This document shows positions 20,935 through 31,516 of a DNA stretch of 64,000 bases, piece after piece. The translations under genes and the position numbers were made by a program. The stretch is from contig CAWJQQ010000005.1 in assembly GCA_963845065.1 (NCBI GenBank), positions 353,542-417,541 of the forward strand, written 5' to 3'. The notes under the pieces were generated by a model that was not told where the DNA came from, searched no databases, and worked only from the letters and a program-made list of their open reading frames with translations. The stretch comes from Nitrospirota bacterium (GTDB lineage: Bacteria; Nitrospirota; UBA9217). Every line of letters starts with the position of its first letter. Position 1 is the stretch's first letter.

Positions 20935-23037
20935 ATGCTCGAATCCTTATTCAACCCGAGCGCCATAGCAATTATCGGTGCGTCCGCTGATCCCAAAAAA
21001 GTTGGACATGCGGTCCTGAAGAATCTCCAGATGTACAAATTTAAGGGTTCCCTTTTTCCCGTCAATCCAGCCTGCGAAAAGATCCTGGGACTCCAGGCCT
21101 ACGCAAAAATATCGGACATCAAACACTGCATTGATCTTGCAATCATCGTCATTCCCGCCAAACTCGTTCCCGCTTCACTACGGGAGTGCGCAGCCTGCGG
21201 TATCGCGAACGCCGTCGTTATCAGCGCGGGATTCAAGGAATCGGGCGCGGGTGGTACGGTCCTCGAAGAGGAAATCAAGGCGATTAGCAATGAAATGCAT
21301 ATTCGAATCCTGGGACCAAACTGCCTTGGCTTGATAAACACCGCCACGGATATGAATGCCACTTTTGCCGCGGATATGCTGCCAAAAGGGTCTATCGGCT
21401 TCTTTTCCCAGTCCGGCGCTATGGGCATCGCGATTATGGATTGGGCGATCGGGAACGACGTGGGGTTCTCAAAATTCATCAGCCTGGGGAACAAAGTAGA
21501 CCTCTCGGAAATTGACTTTATCGAATATTTCATGACCGATCCCGAGACGAACATTATCCTTGGCTACATCGAGGACGTTGTGGACGGCAAGCGCTTCATG
21601 GATGTGGCGCAGAAAGCCACGAAGATCAAGCCAATTATCCTGCTCAAATCCGGCGGCACTGAAGCCGGCGCGCGTGCGGCATCTTCTCATACCGGGGCGC
21701 TAGCAGGTTCAGATATAGCCTTCGAAGCGGCATTCAAGCAGACCGGTGTAATTCGAGCACAGGGTGTGCAGGACCTGTTTGATACGGCGCTTGCTTTTAG
21801 CGAGGGCAAGATCCCGGCAGGAAACGGTCTTCTCGTGATCACCAACGCCGGCGGGCCGGGCATCATAGCCGCAGACACCGCAGAGAGGATGGGCGTAGAA
21901 TTGCCGCACATGACCAAAGAGAACTTGATGGCAATGGCGCCGAAGCTTCCTCCCAATGCTTCGATTTTCAATCCCGTGGATGTCATCGGTGATGCAACAT
22001 CGGAACGTTACGCCGCCGTACTTGAGCAGGCAGCCAAAGACCCGAACGTGGATGGCATGCTCGTGATCCTCACACCCCAAGCCATGACAGACATGGAGAA
22101 GACCGCTGACGTCGTGATTAGAATAGCACAGACAACGGATAAGCCGATCATAACGTCATTCATGGGTGAAAAGCGCGTGCGCGCAGGCATCCAGATGCTC
22201 AAGGCTGCATCCATTCCAAACTTTTCTTACCCCGAGCTCGCCGTTAAGGCCTTCAAGCGCCTGTCGGACCAGCGGGCATGGAAGAACTATAAACCCGAAG
22301 AGCTTGTGACTTCCTGGTACAACTTTGACGCCGCAGCAGAGACTGTGGCAACTATTCTCAAAAAAGGAATCAATCAGGTGGGCGAAGACGAGGCCATGCA
22401 GATCCTGACGTACTACGGGTTCCAGTTCCCGAAGCATGCGATAGCAAGGACCTCGAAGGAGGCCGCCGAGAGGGCTTCGACGATCGGTTTCCCCGTCGTG
22501 ATGAAAATATCGTCCCCAGACATCCTGCACAAGACAGATGTGGGTGGCGTGCGTGTGAACGTGAAATCGCCGAAGGAGGCCGAAGATGTGTTTCTGGACA
22601 TTACGGCGAATGCGCGGCGTATCATGCCTGATGCCTTCATCAAGGGTGTCATGGTCTTCGAAATGCTCAAAGGCGGCAAGGAAGTGATCCTCGGCGTAAC
22701 GTATGACCGCACCTTCGGGCATATGATCATGTTCGGCCTCGGCGGCATCTACGTCGAAGTAATGAAGGACGTGGCCTTCAGGATCGTGCCAGTTGCGCGA
22801 AGGGACGCCCTTGCCATGATCAACGAGATCAAGACAATAGGACTTCTGCGCGGTGCACGCGGCGAGCGGCCCGCGGACATAGACGCTATTGCAAGTTACA
22901 TCGTAAACCTTTCGTGCCTCGTGTCAGACTTCCCGGACATCCAGGAGCTGGATGTCAATCCGCTTATGGTTATGGAAAAGGGCGCCATATCGCTTGATGC
23001 AAGGATTATTTTCAAGAATCTGGATGACAAGAAGTGA
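20935..23037 (+). CDS. Acetate/acyl-CoA ligase (ADP-forming), fused alpha-beta
   Basis: IIGAS, GPNCLG, SQSGA, SHTGALAG (catalytic His), NAGGPG, HKTDVGGV, ATP-grasp domain. Confidence 0.92.
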   Translation: MLESLFNPSAIAIIGASADPKKVGHAVLKNLQMYKFKGSLFPVNPACEKILGLQAYAKISDIKHCIDLAIIVIPAKLVPASLRECAACGIANAVVISAGFKESGAGGTVLEEEIKAISNEMHIRILGPNCLGLINTATDMNATFAADMLPKGSIGFFSQSGAMGIAIMDWAIGNDVGFSKFISLGNKVDLSEIDFIEYFMTDPETNIILGYIEDVVDGKRFMDVAQKATKIKPIILLKSGGTEAGARAASSHTGALAGSDIAFEAAFKQTGVIRAQGVQDLFDTALAFSEGKIPAGNGLLVITNAGGPGIIAADTAERMGVELPHMTKENLMAMAPKLPPNASIFNPVDVIGDATSERYAAVLEQAAKDPNVDGMLVILTPQAMTDMEKTADVVIRIAQTTDKPIITSFMGEKRVRAGIQMLKAASIPNFSYPELAVKAFKRLSDQRAWKNYKPEELVTSWYNFDAAAETVATILKKGINQVGEDEAMQILTYYGFQFPKHAIARTSKEAAERASTIGFPVVMKISSPDILHKTDVGGVRVNVKSPKEAEDVFLDITANARRIMPDAFIKGVMVFEMLKGGKEVILGVTYDRTFGHMIMFGLGGIYVEVMKDVAFRIVPVARRDALAMINEIKTIGLLRGARGERPADIDAIASYIVNLSCLVSDFPDIQELDVNPLMVMEKGAISLDARIIFKNLDDKK

Positions 23038-23223
23038 TGTCATATCGAATTAAGGAGATAGGATTGCAGAACTGGCTGTGGATCTACCGCATTCTGCTCG
23101 GGACACTTTCGCATGGCACGACGACTCATTTTTTTTTTCGAGGTGTGGAACGGAAACGGACCATCATTGCTTCTTAATCCGCATTCCGAATCCCGAATAC
23201 CGTAATTTCTCAAGGAGGTTCTC

Positions 23224-24285
23224 ATGGTTCCCATCCTGGTAGCATCCAACACCGGCTACGCCGGACGAACATTCATCTCCCTCGGCCTTGGACTGACGCT
23301 CATGGACATGGGCTATAAGGTCGGTATGATGAAGCCCTTTGGGAACGTGCCAGTAAAGGCCGGAAAGGATGTGTACGATGCTGATGCCCCGTTCATTAAA
23401 GAAACTCTCGGTCTCGACGAGGCGCTCGACGTGATCTCGCCTTTCGTCATGAGTTACGAGGAGCAGACTCTGCTGTTCCAGGGAAAGATCGTGGACGCCA
23501 GGAGGCGGGTCATTGCTGCCTTTAAATCGTTCAAGAAAAAAGACTTCATCATCCTCTGTGGTGCCAGCGATCTCACCGAAGGCTCGCTGCTCGGCATCGA
23601 TGCCGCGTCGCTTGCCGAAGAACTAAAAGCGAAGGTTCTTCTGGTCGAGCCATGGAGAGGAGACATCTCTGCAGACTCGCTCTATGGCGCCCGATCATTC
23701 CTCAGGAAAAGCTATGCAGGCGGGGTTTTTAACAAAGTACCCGATGCGGCAATGGACTTCGTAAAAAATACGGTGAAACCATTTCTTGAAAAAAAAGGCA
23801 TAGCCACATTTGGCGTCATACCCAAGGACAAATTCCTCGAGTCTGTGACAGTGGGTCAGCTAAACGAGATCCTGAACGGAACGGTGCTATGCAGAGAAGA
23901 CAAGCTTGACGAATTCGTCGAAAATTTCCTGATCGGCGCTATGGACGTGGATAGTGCCCTCAGCTATTTTCGCAGGGTCCCGAACAAAGCCGTGATCACC
24001 GGCGCACACCGGGCAGACATCCAGCTTGCGGCACTTGAAACTTCGACAAAGTGTATTATTCTCACTGGCGGATTCCAGACCAACGAGGTTGTCCTCGGTA
24101 AGGCGCGGGCGAGAGGCATCCCCATCCTGTCCGTGCCGAGTGATACGTTTTCAGCCATTGACAAGATCGAATTCCGCATGGGCAAGACGAGCATCCGCGA
24201 GAAGCGAAAAGTCGAGAGGGCAAAGGAGTTAATCAGCGCCGGTTTCGATATGTTCGGTTTCCTCAAGAAACTGAATAAGGTGTGA
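23224..24285 (+). CDS. Phosphotransacetylase-family protein (BioD-like N-terminus plus DRTGG domain)
   Basis: P-loop-like GYAGRT, KPFG, IGAM, VITGAHRADIQLAALE, ILTGG. Confidence 0.85.
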   Translation: MVPILVASNTGYAGRTFISLGLGLTLMDMGYKVGMMKPFGNVPVKAGKDVYDADAPFIKETLGLDEALDVISPFVMSYEEQTLLFQGKIVDARRRVIAAFKSFKKKDFIILCGASDLTEGSLLGIDAASLAEELKAKVLLVEPWRGDISADSLYGARSFLRKSYAGGVFNKVPDAAMDFVKNTVKPFLEKKGIATFGVIPKDKFLESVTVGQLNEILNGTVLCREDKLDEFVENFLIGAMDVDSALSYFRRVPNKAVITGAHRADIQLAALETSTKCIILTGGFQTNEVVLGKARARGIPILSVPSDTFSAIDKIEFRMGKTSIREKRKVERAKELISAGFDMFGFLKKLNKV

Positions 24286-24384
24286 TTGCAGAAACAAATA
24301 GGATAGTATCAAATAGCAAGGCGCAAGTAGCTAGTTTCGGCTTTGTCACTGCTTGGCCCTTACATATCCCCGTTGGAGGCGTTC

Positions 24385-25905
24385 ATGCAAGAAAAATCGA
24401 TCATCATCATCGGCGGCGGAATCGCAGGGCTATCGGTCGGATGCTATGGCCAGATGAATGGATTTCGTACGCGCATCTTCGAGATGCATAAGAAAAAACC
24501 GGGGGGACTCTGCACTTCCTGGAAGCGGCAAGGGTACACGGTGGACGGTTGCATTCACTGGCTCGTGGGGTCGGGCCCGAATTCGAAATTTTATACCATG
24601 TGGCAAGAGCTCGGCGCGCTTGAGGGAAAAACCATCATCAATCAAGAGGAATACGGACGCTGGGAAGGTCCAGACGGGAAACAACTCATCGTGTACACAG
24701 ATCTGGACCGCCTAGAAAAGCACATGAAGGAACTCGCTCCGGAAGACGCTGCAATCATCGATGAATTCATCGCCGCAGCGCGCCAATGTACGCGATTCGA
24801 ACCGCCGATCGAGAAGGCGCCGGAAGTGGCAGGTTTCTTCTATCTGGCCAAGATCGCAGTGACGCATTTATCGCTTCTGCGCATGCTGAGGAAGTGGAAC
24901 AGGATTTCTCTCCGTGAGTATGCTGCACGGTTCAAAAATCCCATACTGCGCGAGGCGTTCCCGATGTTCTTTGTGCCGGACTTTTCCGTTTTCTTCATGC
25001 TTATGACGTTCGCCTGGATGCACAAGAAGGCTGCCGGGTATCCGGTGGGCGGATCGCTCGAATTCAGCCGGAGCATCGAGAAACGCTACCTCTCCCTTGG
25101 CGGCGAGATGAATTATAAGGCAAGGGTGGCCAAGATCCTGACCGAGAATAACCGCGCTGTGGGCATCAAGCTTGAGGACGGTGCCGACTACCGCGCGGAC
25201 TACGTCATCTCCGCTGCCGACGGCCATGCCACAATCTTCGAGATGCTCGGAGGAAAGTTTCTGGACGAGACGATCAAAGGCTACTACGAAAAACTCCTGC
25301 CCTTTCCGGCGCTGGTGTACGTGGCATTTGGTGTGAATCGCTCCTTCGACGAAATACGTCCCTCCGTAGGCGGTATTACTATCAGGCTCAAAGAACCGAT
25401 CAAGATCGGGCACCAGGAGCATACGCATGTCTGCGTGCGAATTTTCAACTATGATCCTACGCTTGCGCCAGCGGGCAAAACGCTTGTGGTCGTAATGCTC
25501 AGTACGGACTATGAGTATTGGAAGAAACTCCGGGAAGACGACGAACGGTATAAGGCAGAGAAGGAGAGGATAGCGGATACACTAATCGCTATTCTCGACA
25601 AACGGTTTCCTGGGTTTGCCTCTCAGGTGGAGATGCGCGATGTGGCTTCACCGACAACGTTCGTACGCTATACCGGTAACTGGAAAGGGAGTTTCGAAGG
25701 CTGGCAGGTTACGCCCGAGACGTGGAGCTTTGGCAAGCTGATGAAAAAGACCTTGCCAGGGCTGGATAATTTTTATATGGCAGGACATTGGGTCCAGCCC
25801 GGCGGCGGACTGCCGATCGTGGCCCTGTCCGGGCGTAACGTGATCCAGATCATTTGTAAAAAAGAGAAGAAGAAGTTTACGACATCGCGGAAGTTAAGCA
25901 CCTGA
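24385..25905 (+). CDS. Phytoene desaturase-like FAD-dependent oxidoreductase
   Basis: IIIGGGIAGL, PGGLCTSWKR, SPTTFVRYTGN, GHWVQPGGG. Confidence 0.85.
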   Translation: MQEKSIIIIGGGIAGLSVGCYGQMNGFRTRIFEMHKKKPGGLCTSWKRQGYTVDGCIHWLVGSGPNSKFYTMWQELGALEGKTIINQEEYGRWEGPDGKQLIVYTDLDRLEKHMKELAPEDAAIIDEFIAAARQCTRFEPPIEKAPEVAGFFYLAKIAVTHLSLLRMLRKWNRISLREYAARFKNPILREAFPMFFVPDFSVFFMLMTFAWMHKKAAGYPVGGSLEFSRSIEKRYLSLGGEMNYKARVAKILTENNRAVGIKLEDGADYRADYVISAADGHATIFEMLGGKFLDETIKGYYEKLLPFPALVYVAFGVNRSFDEIRPSVGGITIRLKEPIKIGHQEHTHVCVRIFNYDPTLAPAGKTLVVVMLSTDYEYWKKLREDDERYKAEKERIADTLIAILDKRFPGFASQVEMRDVASPTTFVRYTGNWKGSFEGWQVTPETWSFGKLMKKTLPGLDNFYMAGHWVQPGGGLPIVALSGRNVIQIICKKEKKKFTTSRKLST

Positions 25906-25907
25906 TC

Positions 25908-27278
25908 ATGGACAAACCACAAATCATCAAACTGGTAAACAACCACCGAGTGTACTTTGCTGAGGGAAAGACGAGGGATCTATCCTTCCGTATCGACAAG
26001 CTTCGCATCTTGCGAAAGGCGATCGTTGAAAACGAACAGGCGATTTTCGATACACTGAAGGCCGACCTGAACAAGCCCGCATTCGAAGCCTACGGCGGCG
26101 ACACGGCAATCGTTGTCAATGAGATCGATCATGCGATGAAGCATCTTGCGTGCTGGACAAAACCGAAAAAAGTCCGGACGCCGTTCGCATACTTTCCAAG
26201 CAAGAGCTATACTCTATCCGAACCATATGGAGTGACGCTCATCATCGGACCGTGGAATTTCCCTGTACAGTTAATGCTCGCGCCGCTCGTAGGCGCTATC
26301 GCTGCGGGCAACTGTGCTTTGCTCAAACCCTCGGTTGCGGCTCCCAGGATCTCGCGCCTTCTGATAAATATTATCGGTGAAATTTTCGACCCGGCGTTTG
26401 TCTCAATCGTGGAAGGCGGGGCCGAATCCGCCCGGATGCTGCTCGAAGAGCGGTTTGACCACATTTTTTTTACCGGTGGCCCTGCTGTCGGACGCCTGGT
26501 GATGGCCGCTGCGGCCAAACACCTTACACCAATAACTCTCGAGCTTGGAGGAAAGAACCCCTGCATCGTTGACGCAGACACACACCTGGATTATACTGCG
26601 CGACGGATCGTGTGGGGAAAATACTTCAATGCAGGTCAGAGCTGCGTGGCGGTCGATTATCTTCTGGTGCAGAAACGCGTCAAGCAGATACTGCTCGACA
26701 AAATGGCGAACTGCATTTATCAATTCTATGGCAGCGATCCCTCGCAGAGTCAGGACTACTGCCGGATCATCAATGACGCTCATTTCACGCGGCTCGAGGG
26801 ACTGCTTGGGAAGGGATCGATCGTCACAGGCGGCCAGGTTGAACGTGCATCACGATATATTGCGCCCACAATCATTGATGGAATTCTGGGGCACGAGCCG
26901 ATCATGCAGGAGGAAATTTTCGGACCTCTCTTGCCAGTGATTGAGTATGATGACCTGTCACAGGCCATCTCCTTCGTGAACAGGATCCCGAAGCCGCTGG
27001 CACTGTATATCTTCTCCCGGAACAAGGGCCTTCAGGATCGCGTGCTGAGGGAAACAGCGGCAGGAGGCGGGTGCATCAACGATACGGTCATCCAAGAGAC
27101 TACCTCCCTGTCTTTTGGCGGCGTAGGGCCGAGCGGGATTGGAAAGTACCACGGTAAGGCAAGCTTCGAAGCCTTCTCGCATGAGAGAAGCATTATCAAA
27201 AGCGGATTTTTGTTCGACATTCCTCTGAGGTATCCTCCTTACAAGAACCATCTCAAATGGCTTCGAAAAATCTTCTAA
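25908..27278 (+). CDS. Aldehyde dehydrogenase (ALDH3-like)
   Basis: PWNFP, FFTGG, TLELGGKNP, NAGQSCV, EEIFGP. Confidence 0.95.
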   Translation: MDKPQIIKLVNNHRVYFAEGKTRDLSFRIDKLRILRKAIVENEQAIFDTLKADLNKPAFEAYGGDTAIVVNEIDHAMKHLACWTKPKKVRTPFAYFPSKSYTLSEPYGVTLIIGPWNFPVQLMLAPLVGAIAAGNCALLKPSVAAPRISRLLINIIGEIFDPAFVSIVEGGAESARMLLEERFDHIFFTGGPAVGRLVMAAAAKHLTPITLELGGKNPCIVDADTHLDYTARRIVWGKYFNAGQSCVAVDYLLVQKRVKQILLDKMANCIYQFYGSDPSQSQDYCRIINDAHFTRLEGLLGKGSIVTGGQVERASRYIAPTIIDGILGHEPIMQEEIFGPLLPVIEYDDLSQAISFVNRIPKPLALYIFSRNKGLQDRVLRETAAGGGCINDTVIQETTSLSFGGVGPSGIGKYHGKASFEAFSHERSIIKSGFLFDIPLRYPPYKNHLKWLRKIF

Positions 27279-27692
27279 GTTTTTACCGTCCTCTTCATCG
27301 GTACAGACCAAACCCGATTTCTCTGCGTCTTGATTCTGGTATAATAGATCAAAGAGCCAGCTGATCATACAAGCCGATGACTTACCGATTGGCCGTTTGC
27401 CACAATCCGGCTGCAGTCTGCAACCTTGCCGTGGTCATTCACAAAATACTGCTCCCTCGGGCTGTGTTGGCAGAAGAGGCTCAATCGCTTTACGTTCCAT
27501 ACATGTCAGGCATATCTAACCCGGGGCGAATAAGTTCAGGTAGGCTTTGCTTCTGATCGGATGATCCCGAGCGGCAAGGCGGTCACCGTTATGCAGGCGG
27601 ACTTGGTGTAAAGCAGAAAATCAACAAGAGTTCTCACCTGCTGCTCTGGCCGCAGGCAGGGAAAGGGAGCAAGCAATCAAGAGGCAGCCATT

Positions 27693-28478
27693 ATGAAAAA
27701 CCAAACAGCGTTGATAACCGGTGCTTCCGGCGGCATAGGCTATGAATTCGCGAAGCTTATCGCTCAGGACTGCAATATCCTCGTGCTTGTAGCACGGAAC
27801 AGGGACAGGCTTGCTGAGGTCAAAAAGGAACTCGAAACGATAGCACCTGTCTCAGTCCTCATCGTCGAAAAGGACCTCGCCAAACCGGGTGCTGCGGATG
27901 AAATTTATCTCGAACTCAAAAGCAAGAATATTGGTGTAGACATCCTGATCAACAACGCGGGGTTCGGCGACCACGGCTCGTTCAGCGAGACAGACTGGGT
28001 ACTGGAAGAAAAAATGATCGCGGTCAATATAATCGCGCTGACCCAGATGACGAAACTATTTGTGAAGGGCATGGTCGCGAGAAAGAGCGGGCACATTCTC
28101 AACGTAGCGTCCACCGCGGCGTTTCAGCCCGGACCTTTTATGGCAGTCTATTATGCTTCAAAAGCCTATGTGCTATCCTTCTCGGAAGCTATTGCGAGCG
28201 AACTGAAGGGCACCGGCGTCACGGTCACCGTGCTCTGCCCCGGCCCCACAGACACCGGTTTTGCGAGCGCTGCGCGAATGGAACACACTAGACTTTTTAC
28301 GTTCACGAAACCAGCGTCAGCTGCCGATGTGGCACGCTTCGGGTACGAAGCCATGCAGAGTGGCAAAACCGTGGCCATTCATGGTGCATTAAATAAAATA
28401 ATGGCTTTAAGCACGCGAATGGCGCCGAGAAAACTCCTTCCCGTCATTGTACGGCTGATGCATGAAAAAACGCGCTAA
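27693..28478 (+). CDS. Short-chain dehydrogenase/reductase
   Basis: TGASGGIG, NNAG, YYASK. Confidence 0.95.
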   Translation: MKNQTALITGASGGIGYEFAKLIAQDCNILVLVARNRDRLAEVKKELETIAPVSVLIVEKDLAKPGAADEIYLELKSKNIGVDILINNAGFGDHGSFSETDWVLEEKMIAVNIIALTQMTKLFVKGMVARKSGHILNVASTAAFQPGPFMAVYYASKAYVLSFSEAIASELKGTGVTVTVLCPGPTDTGFASAARMEHTRLFTFTKPASAADVARFGYEAMQSGKTVAIHGALNKIMALSTRMAPRKLLPVIVRLMHEKTR

Positions 28479-28500
28479 GGTGTCGGCGAATATTATTTAC

Positions 28501-28546
28501 CAAATTATCTGCAGAAAGATCCGGTTTCAACAATGGGGAGTGTCAG
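28501..28546 (+). repeat. 46-bp IS605 left-end/right-end chimeric single-hairpin mini-element
   Basis: TTTAC|CAAATTATCTGCAG-AAAG-ATCCGGTTTCAACAATGGGG-AGTGTCAG. Confidence 0.65.
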
Positions 28547-28595
28547 CGGACCTTTCCTCCTTGACACTCTTGGCTATTAATGCTACTTTTTTGCT

Positions 28596-29468
28596 ATGCT
28601 CGTGTATCTGAATGGTCATTTTATCGCCAGGGAGAAGGCACTGGTTTCCGTTTTCGACCACGGCTTTCTCTACGGCGACGGCATCTATGAAACCTTGCGA
28701 GCTTACGATGGCCAGCTTTTCCTTCTCAAGAAACACCTTACCCGCCTGAAGCGGTCTGCCGATGCCATTTCTCTCAAGCTTCCCCTTTCTCTCGAAAAAA
28801 TCAGTGATGCTCTGGTTAAATCACTGAACGTCAACAAACTCCGTGAAGCCTATGTCCGGCTCCATATTTCGCGCGGCCCTGGAGGGCTCGGGCTTGATCC
28901 AGCCCTGTGTTCAGCACCCACAATGGTGATTGCCGCCAAGCCGTTTCATGATTATCCGGCTTCATACTTCGACAGCGGCGTTGCCGTTGCCATCGTGAAA
29001 ACTAGGCGAAACCATCCGCTCGCACTGCCACCCTCCATCAAGGGCACCAATTTTCTGAATAACATCCTCGCCAAGATCGAGGCGGTCGAAGCCCGAGCTT
29101 TCGAGGGGATCATGCTCAATTGGCAGGGCTATGTTGCGGAAGGGACAATCAGTAACATTTTTATAGTCAAAAAAGGCCTGTTGTACACGCCCCACATGGA
29201 TACTGGCATCCTCGAAGGGGTCACCCGTAGCCTAGTTCTCCGTCTAGCGACCCGGGAAAAAATAATAGTCAATGAGCGGCTGCTGCGACCTGGCAATTTT
29301 TATGCGGCCGATGAATGCTTTATTACGAACACGACCATGGAGATCATGCCAGTTACGAAGATCGACAAGAAAACCATAGGAACCGGCAGACCGGGACCGG
29401 TTACTGGTGCGCTGCTTCAGGCTTATAAGAAAGAGGTACTTGCATGTTTAAAGACGCAGGCCAGTTAG
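28596..29468 (+). CDS. Class IV aminotransferase (IlvE/PabC-like)
   Basis: DHGFLYGDGIYETLR, IKGTNFLNN, EGTISNIF, ILEGVTR. Confidence 0.92.
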   Translation: MLVYLNGHFIAREKALVSVFDHGFLYGDGIYETLRAYDGQLFLLKKHLTRLKRSADAISLKLPLSLEKISDALVKSLNVNKLREAYVRLHISRGPGGLGLDPALCSAPTMVIAAKPFHDYPASYFDSGVAVAIVKTRRNHPLALPPSIKGTNFLNNILAKIEAVEARAFEGIMLNWQGYVAEGTISNIFIVKKGLLYTPHMDTGILEGVTRSLVLRLATREKIIVNERLLRPGNFYAADECFITNTTMEIMPVTKIDKKTIGTGRPGPVTGALLQAYKKEVLACLKTQAS

Positions 29469-30118
29469 CATACGTCATCGACCATACGCTGGTCCGACCC
29501 GACGCTACACTGGACGACCTTGCGAAGGTATGCGAGGAAGCGATAAAATATGGCTTTGCCTGTATTGTCGTAAACGGCTGTCACGCTGCCCGTGCCCGCG
29601 ACCTCCTGTCCGGATCGCTGGTCAAAGTCTGCTGCGTCGTGGGTTTCCCCCACGGCATGAGTACGACAACTGTGAAGATCGTCGAAGCTATGGAGGCCGT
29701 CAAGAACGGCGCTGTCGAACTCGACATCGTAATGAACATCGGCTTGGTGAAATCGTTTCGCTTCGACTCTGCCGAGGTCGACATTAAAAATGTTATCGCT
29801 ATGACTCCCCAGAAGGTCCACAAAGTCATCATCGAGACTGGGAGGCTCACCTCCGACGAAATTGTGAAGGTATGTCAGATAGCAGTGCGTTCCCAGGCCG
29901 AATTCATTAAGACCTCCACAGGGTACGGACCGCGCGGTGCGACAGCGGACGATATAAAGCTGATCCGTCATACGGTCGGGCCTGCGTGCCGCATCAAGGC
30001 AGCGGGCGGCATTAAAGATCTTGCGGCAGTAAAGGCGATGATTGAAGCAGGAGCGGAACGAATCGGCACGAGTTCTGGCGTTGCGATTATGGAGGAGTTT
30101 TTAAAAAAGAAGGGTTAG
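29444..30118 (+). CDS. deoC: Deoxyribose-phosphate aldolase
   Basis: IDHTL, VVGFPHG, KVIIET, FIKTSTG, KAAGGI, RIGTS. Confidence 0.96.
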   Translation: MFKDAGQLAYVIDHTLVRPDATLDDLAKVCEEAIKYGFACIVVNGCHAARARDLLSGSLVKVCCVVGFPHGMSTTTVKIVEAMEAVKNGAVELDIVMNIGLVKSFRFDSAEVDIKNVIAMTPQKVHKVIIETGRLTSDEIVKVCQIAVRSQAEFIKTSTGYGPRGATADDIKLIRHTVGPACRIKAAGGIKDLAAVKAMIEAGAERIGTSSGVAIMEEFLKKKG

Positions 30119-30119
30119 T

Positions 30120-31516
30120 TGATAACCGCCAGGACATCGTGCACAAGAAAAACCGTCACGACATCGTGCAATCGCAACTCTGAAACTATTCGATCTTGCG
30201 ATGCCGTGACTTGTGTCAACGGTCATCGCAGTTGATAATTGTATTCCTCGACCTGGACTGTATCCCGGAAAAGTTTCAACTTTTGTTCTTTGACATCGAC
30301 AGTAGCCACAACGTATTCGTATTGGGTCTCCGGTGGGGCTGGGAACCTTTCTCCAAAGATATCTAATCGGCACTCGCTTCGAATGAACCGCACGAGATGA
30401 TAGTAACCTTCCTCCGGCTTGTCCAAGGGGTGCTTTGGAGCGTTACTCTTGCTCGGGAAGACCAATTTCTTCTCCATAGCGGCAAATGCCTTGAGCGGCG
30501 TTTTCCCTTTGAGTTTGCTGTAGCGATAGGTACTGTTGTGCCGATGCTCGAAGGCCAGAGACTCCTGCCGAAGCTGCGGCATTGACGACATCATGATCTT
30601 GTCGAGAAACTTCTGCTGGTAATGGTCGTTGAACTTCTCGACGACACCGTTCCACCACGGTTCAGAAGGTGGAATAAACCAGAGCTGGACGCCGTAATCC
30701 AGGCAGAGACGAATAAGCGGCCCCATCCCTCGCGGATAGGCAGGACAACCGAAGAAAGCTATTTCGTTGTCCACTTGAAGATTCTCAGGAAGCCCCATAC
30801 GCAGCCAGATGGCATAAACAGAGTCCAGAATGCTTTGCGCCGCTTTGGAGAGCATCGGCTCTATTCCGCACCGGTTGATTGCGACGTCAATGGCATTCAG
30901 GCCGTAGAACCGGATCGGACCCTTAAGATAGCAGGGGCCGACCAAATCGAGCTGATGAGTTTGGTTGGGAAAATACGCCGGCAAAGTAGGATATTTTTTT
31001 CCCTTCGGCGTATATCTTCCGGTTCGCCGGTGGGTCAATTCACGGCGGCATAAAATGCGCTCAATGGTGCGAGTGGAGGGCAGCGGCTGAACGTTCATAT
31101 CCTCCATCTCCCATCTGATGGCCTGGCCGCCACAGAAGAGGTCCTTATTGTACAAGCTCGATCGCACCAACTCAACGATCTGTTCAATCTCCGCAGGTGT
31201 TCGGTGGGGGCTGATGAGAGGCCGACGTGATAGCTCTTCATACCAGGTCGAATCGTCTGGAATGTGCCGTGTCAACCACTTGTACAGCCAGCGACGCGAT
31301 CTACCCAGAGAAGCGCAGATGCTCTCCACGTCTTCTCCGGCGATATATCGTTGCACTGCAGATGCTCGTTCCTGCTGAATCTTTTTTTTCATGAACACCC
31401 CCTATAAATTTAGTGGTGTTCATGATAGCGCTAAACGTGGCTACTCGATTGTCAAAGAGCGTTTGTGCACGATGTCGTGGCGGATAAATCAGTGCACGAT
31501 GTATTGTCGGTTATCA
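30120..31516 (-). mobile_element. Intact IS481-family insertion sequence with 6-bp target duplication GTTAGT
   Basis: TIRs TGATAACCGCCAGGACATCGTGCAC / GTGCACGATGTATTGTCGGTTATCA; internal repeat of ACATCGTGCA at both ends; GTTAGT at 30114-30119 and 31517-31522. Confidence 0.88.
30223..31398 (-). CDS. DDE transposase (HTH plus integrase core)
   Basis: HTH SRRWLYKW, QLD, QVDNE, NGVVEKFN. Confidence 0.9.
   Translation of the reverse strand: MFMKKKIQQERASAVQRYIAGEDVESICASLGRSRRWLYKWLTRHIPDDSTWYEELSRRPLISPHRTPAEIEQIVELVRSSLYNKDLFCGGQAIRWEMEDMNVQPLPSTRTIERILCRRELTHRRTGRYTPKGKKYPTLPAYFPNQTHQLDLVGPCYLKGPIRFYGLNAIDVAINRCGIEPMLSKAAQSILDSVYAIWLRMGLPENLQVDNEIAFFGCPAYPRGMGPLIRLCLDYGVQLWFIPPSEPWWNGVVEKFNDHYQQKFLDKIMMSSMPQLRQESLAFEHRHNSTYRYSKLKGKTPLKAFAAMEKKLVFPSKSNAPKHPLDKPEEGYYHLVRFIRSECRLDIFGERFPAPPETQYEYVVATVDVKEQKLKLFRDTVQVEEYNYQLR

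Noticed and set aside
27280..27690. Structured ncRNA or riboswitch in the long intergenic gap
   Set aside because: No recognisable family motif; more likely a decayed gene fragment.
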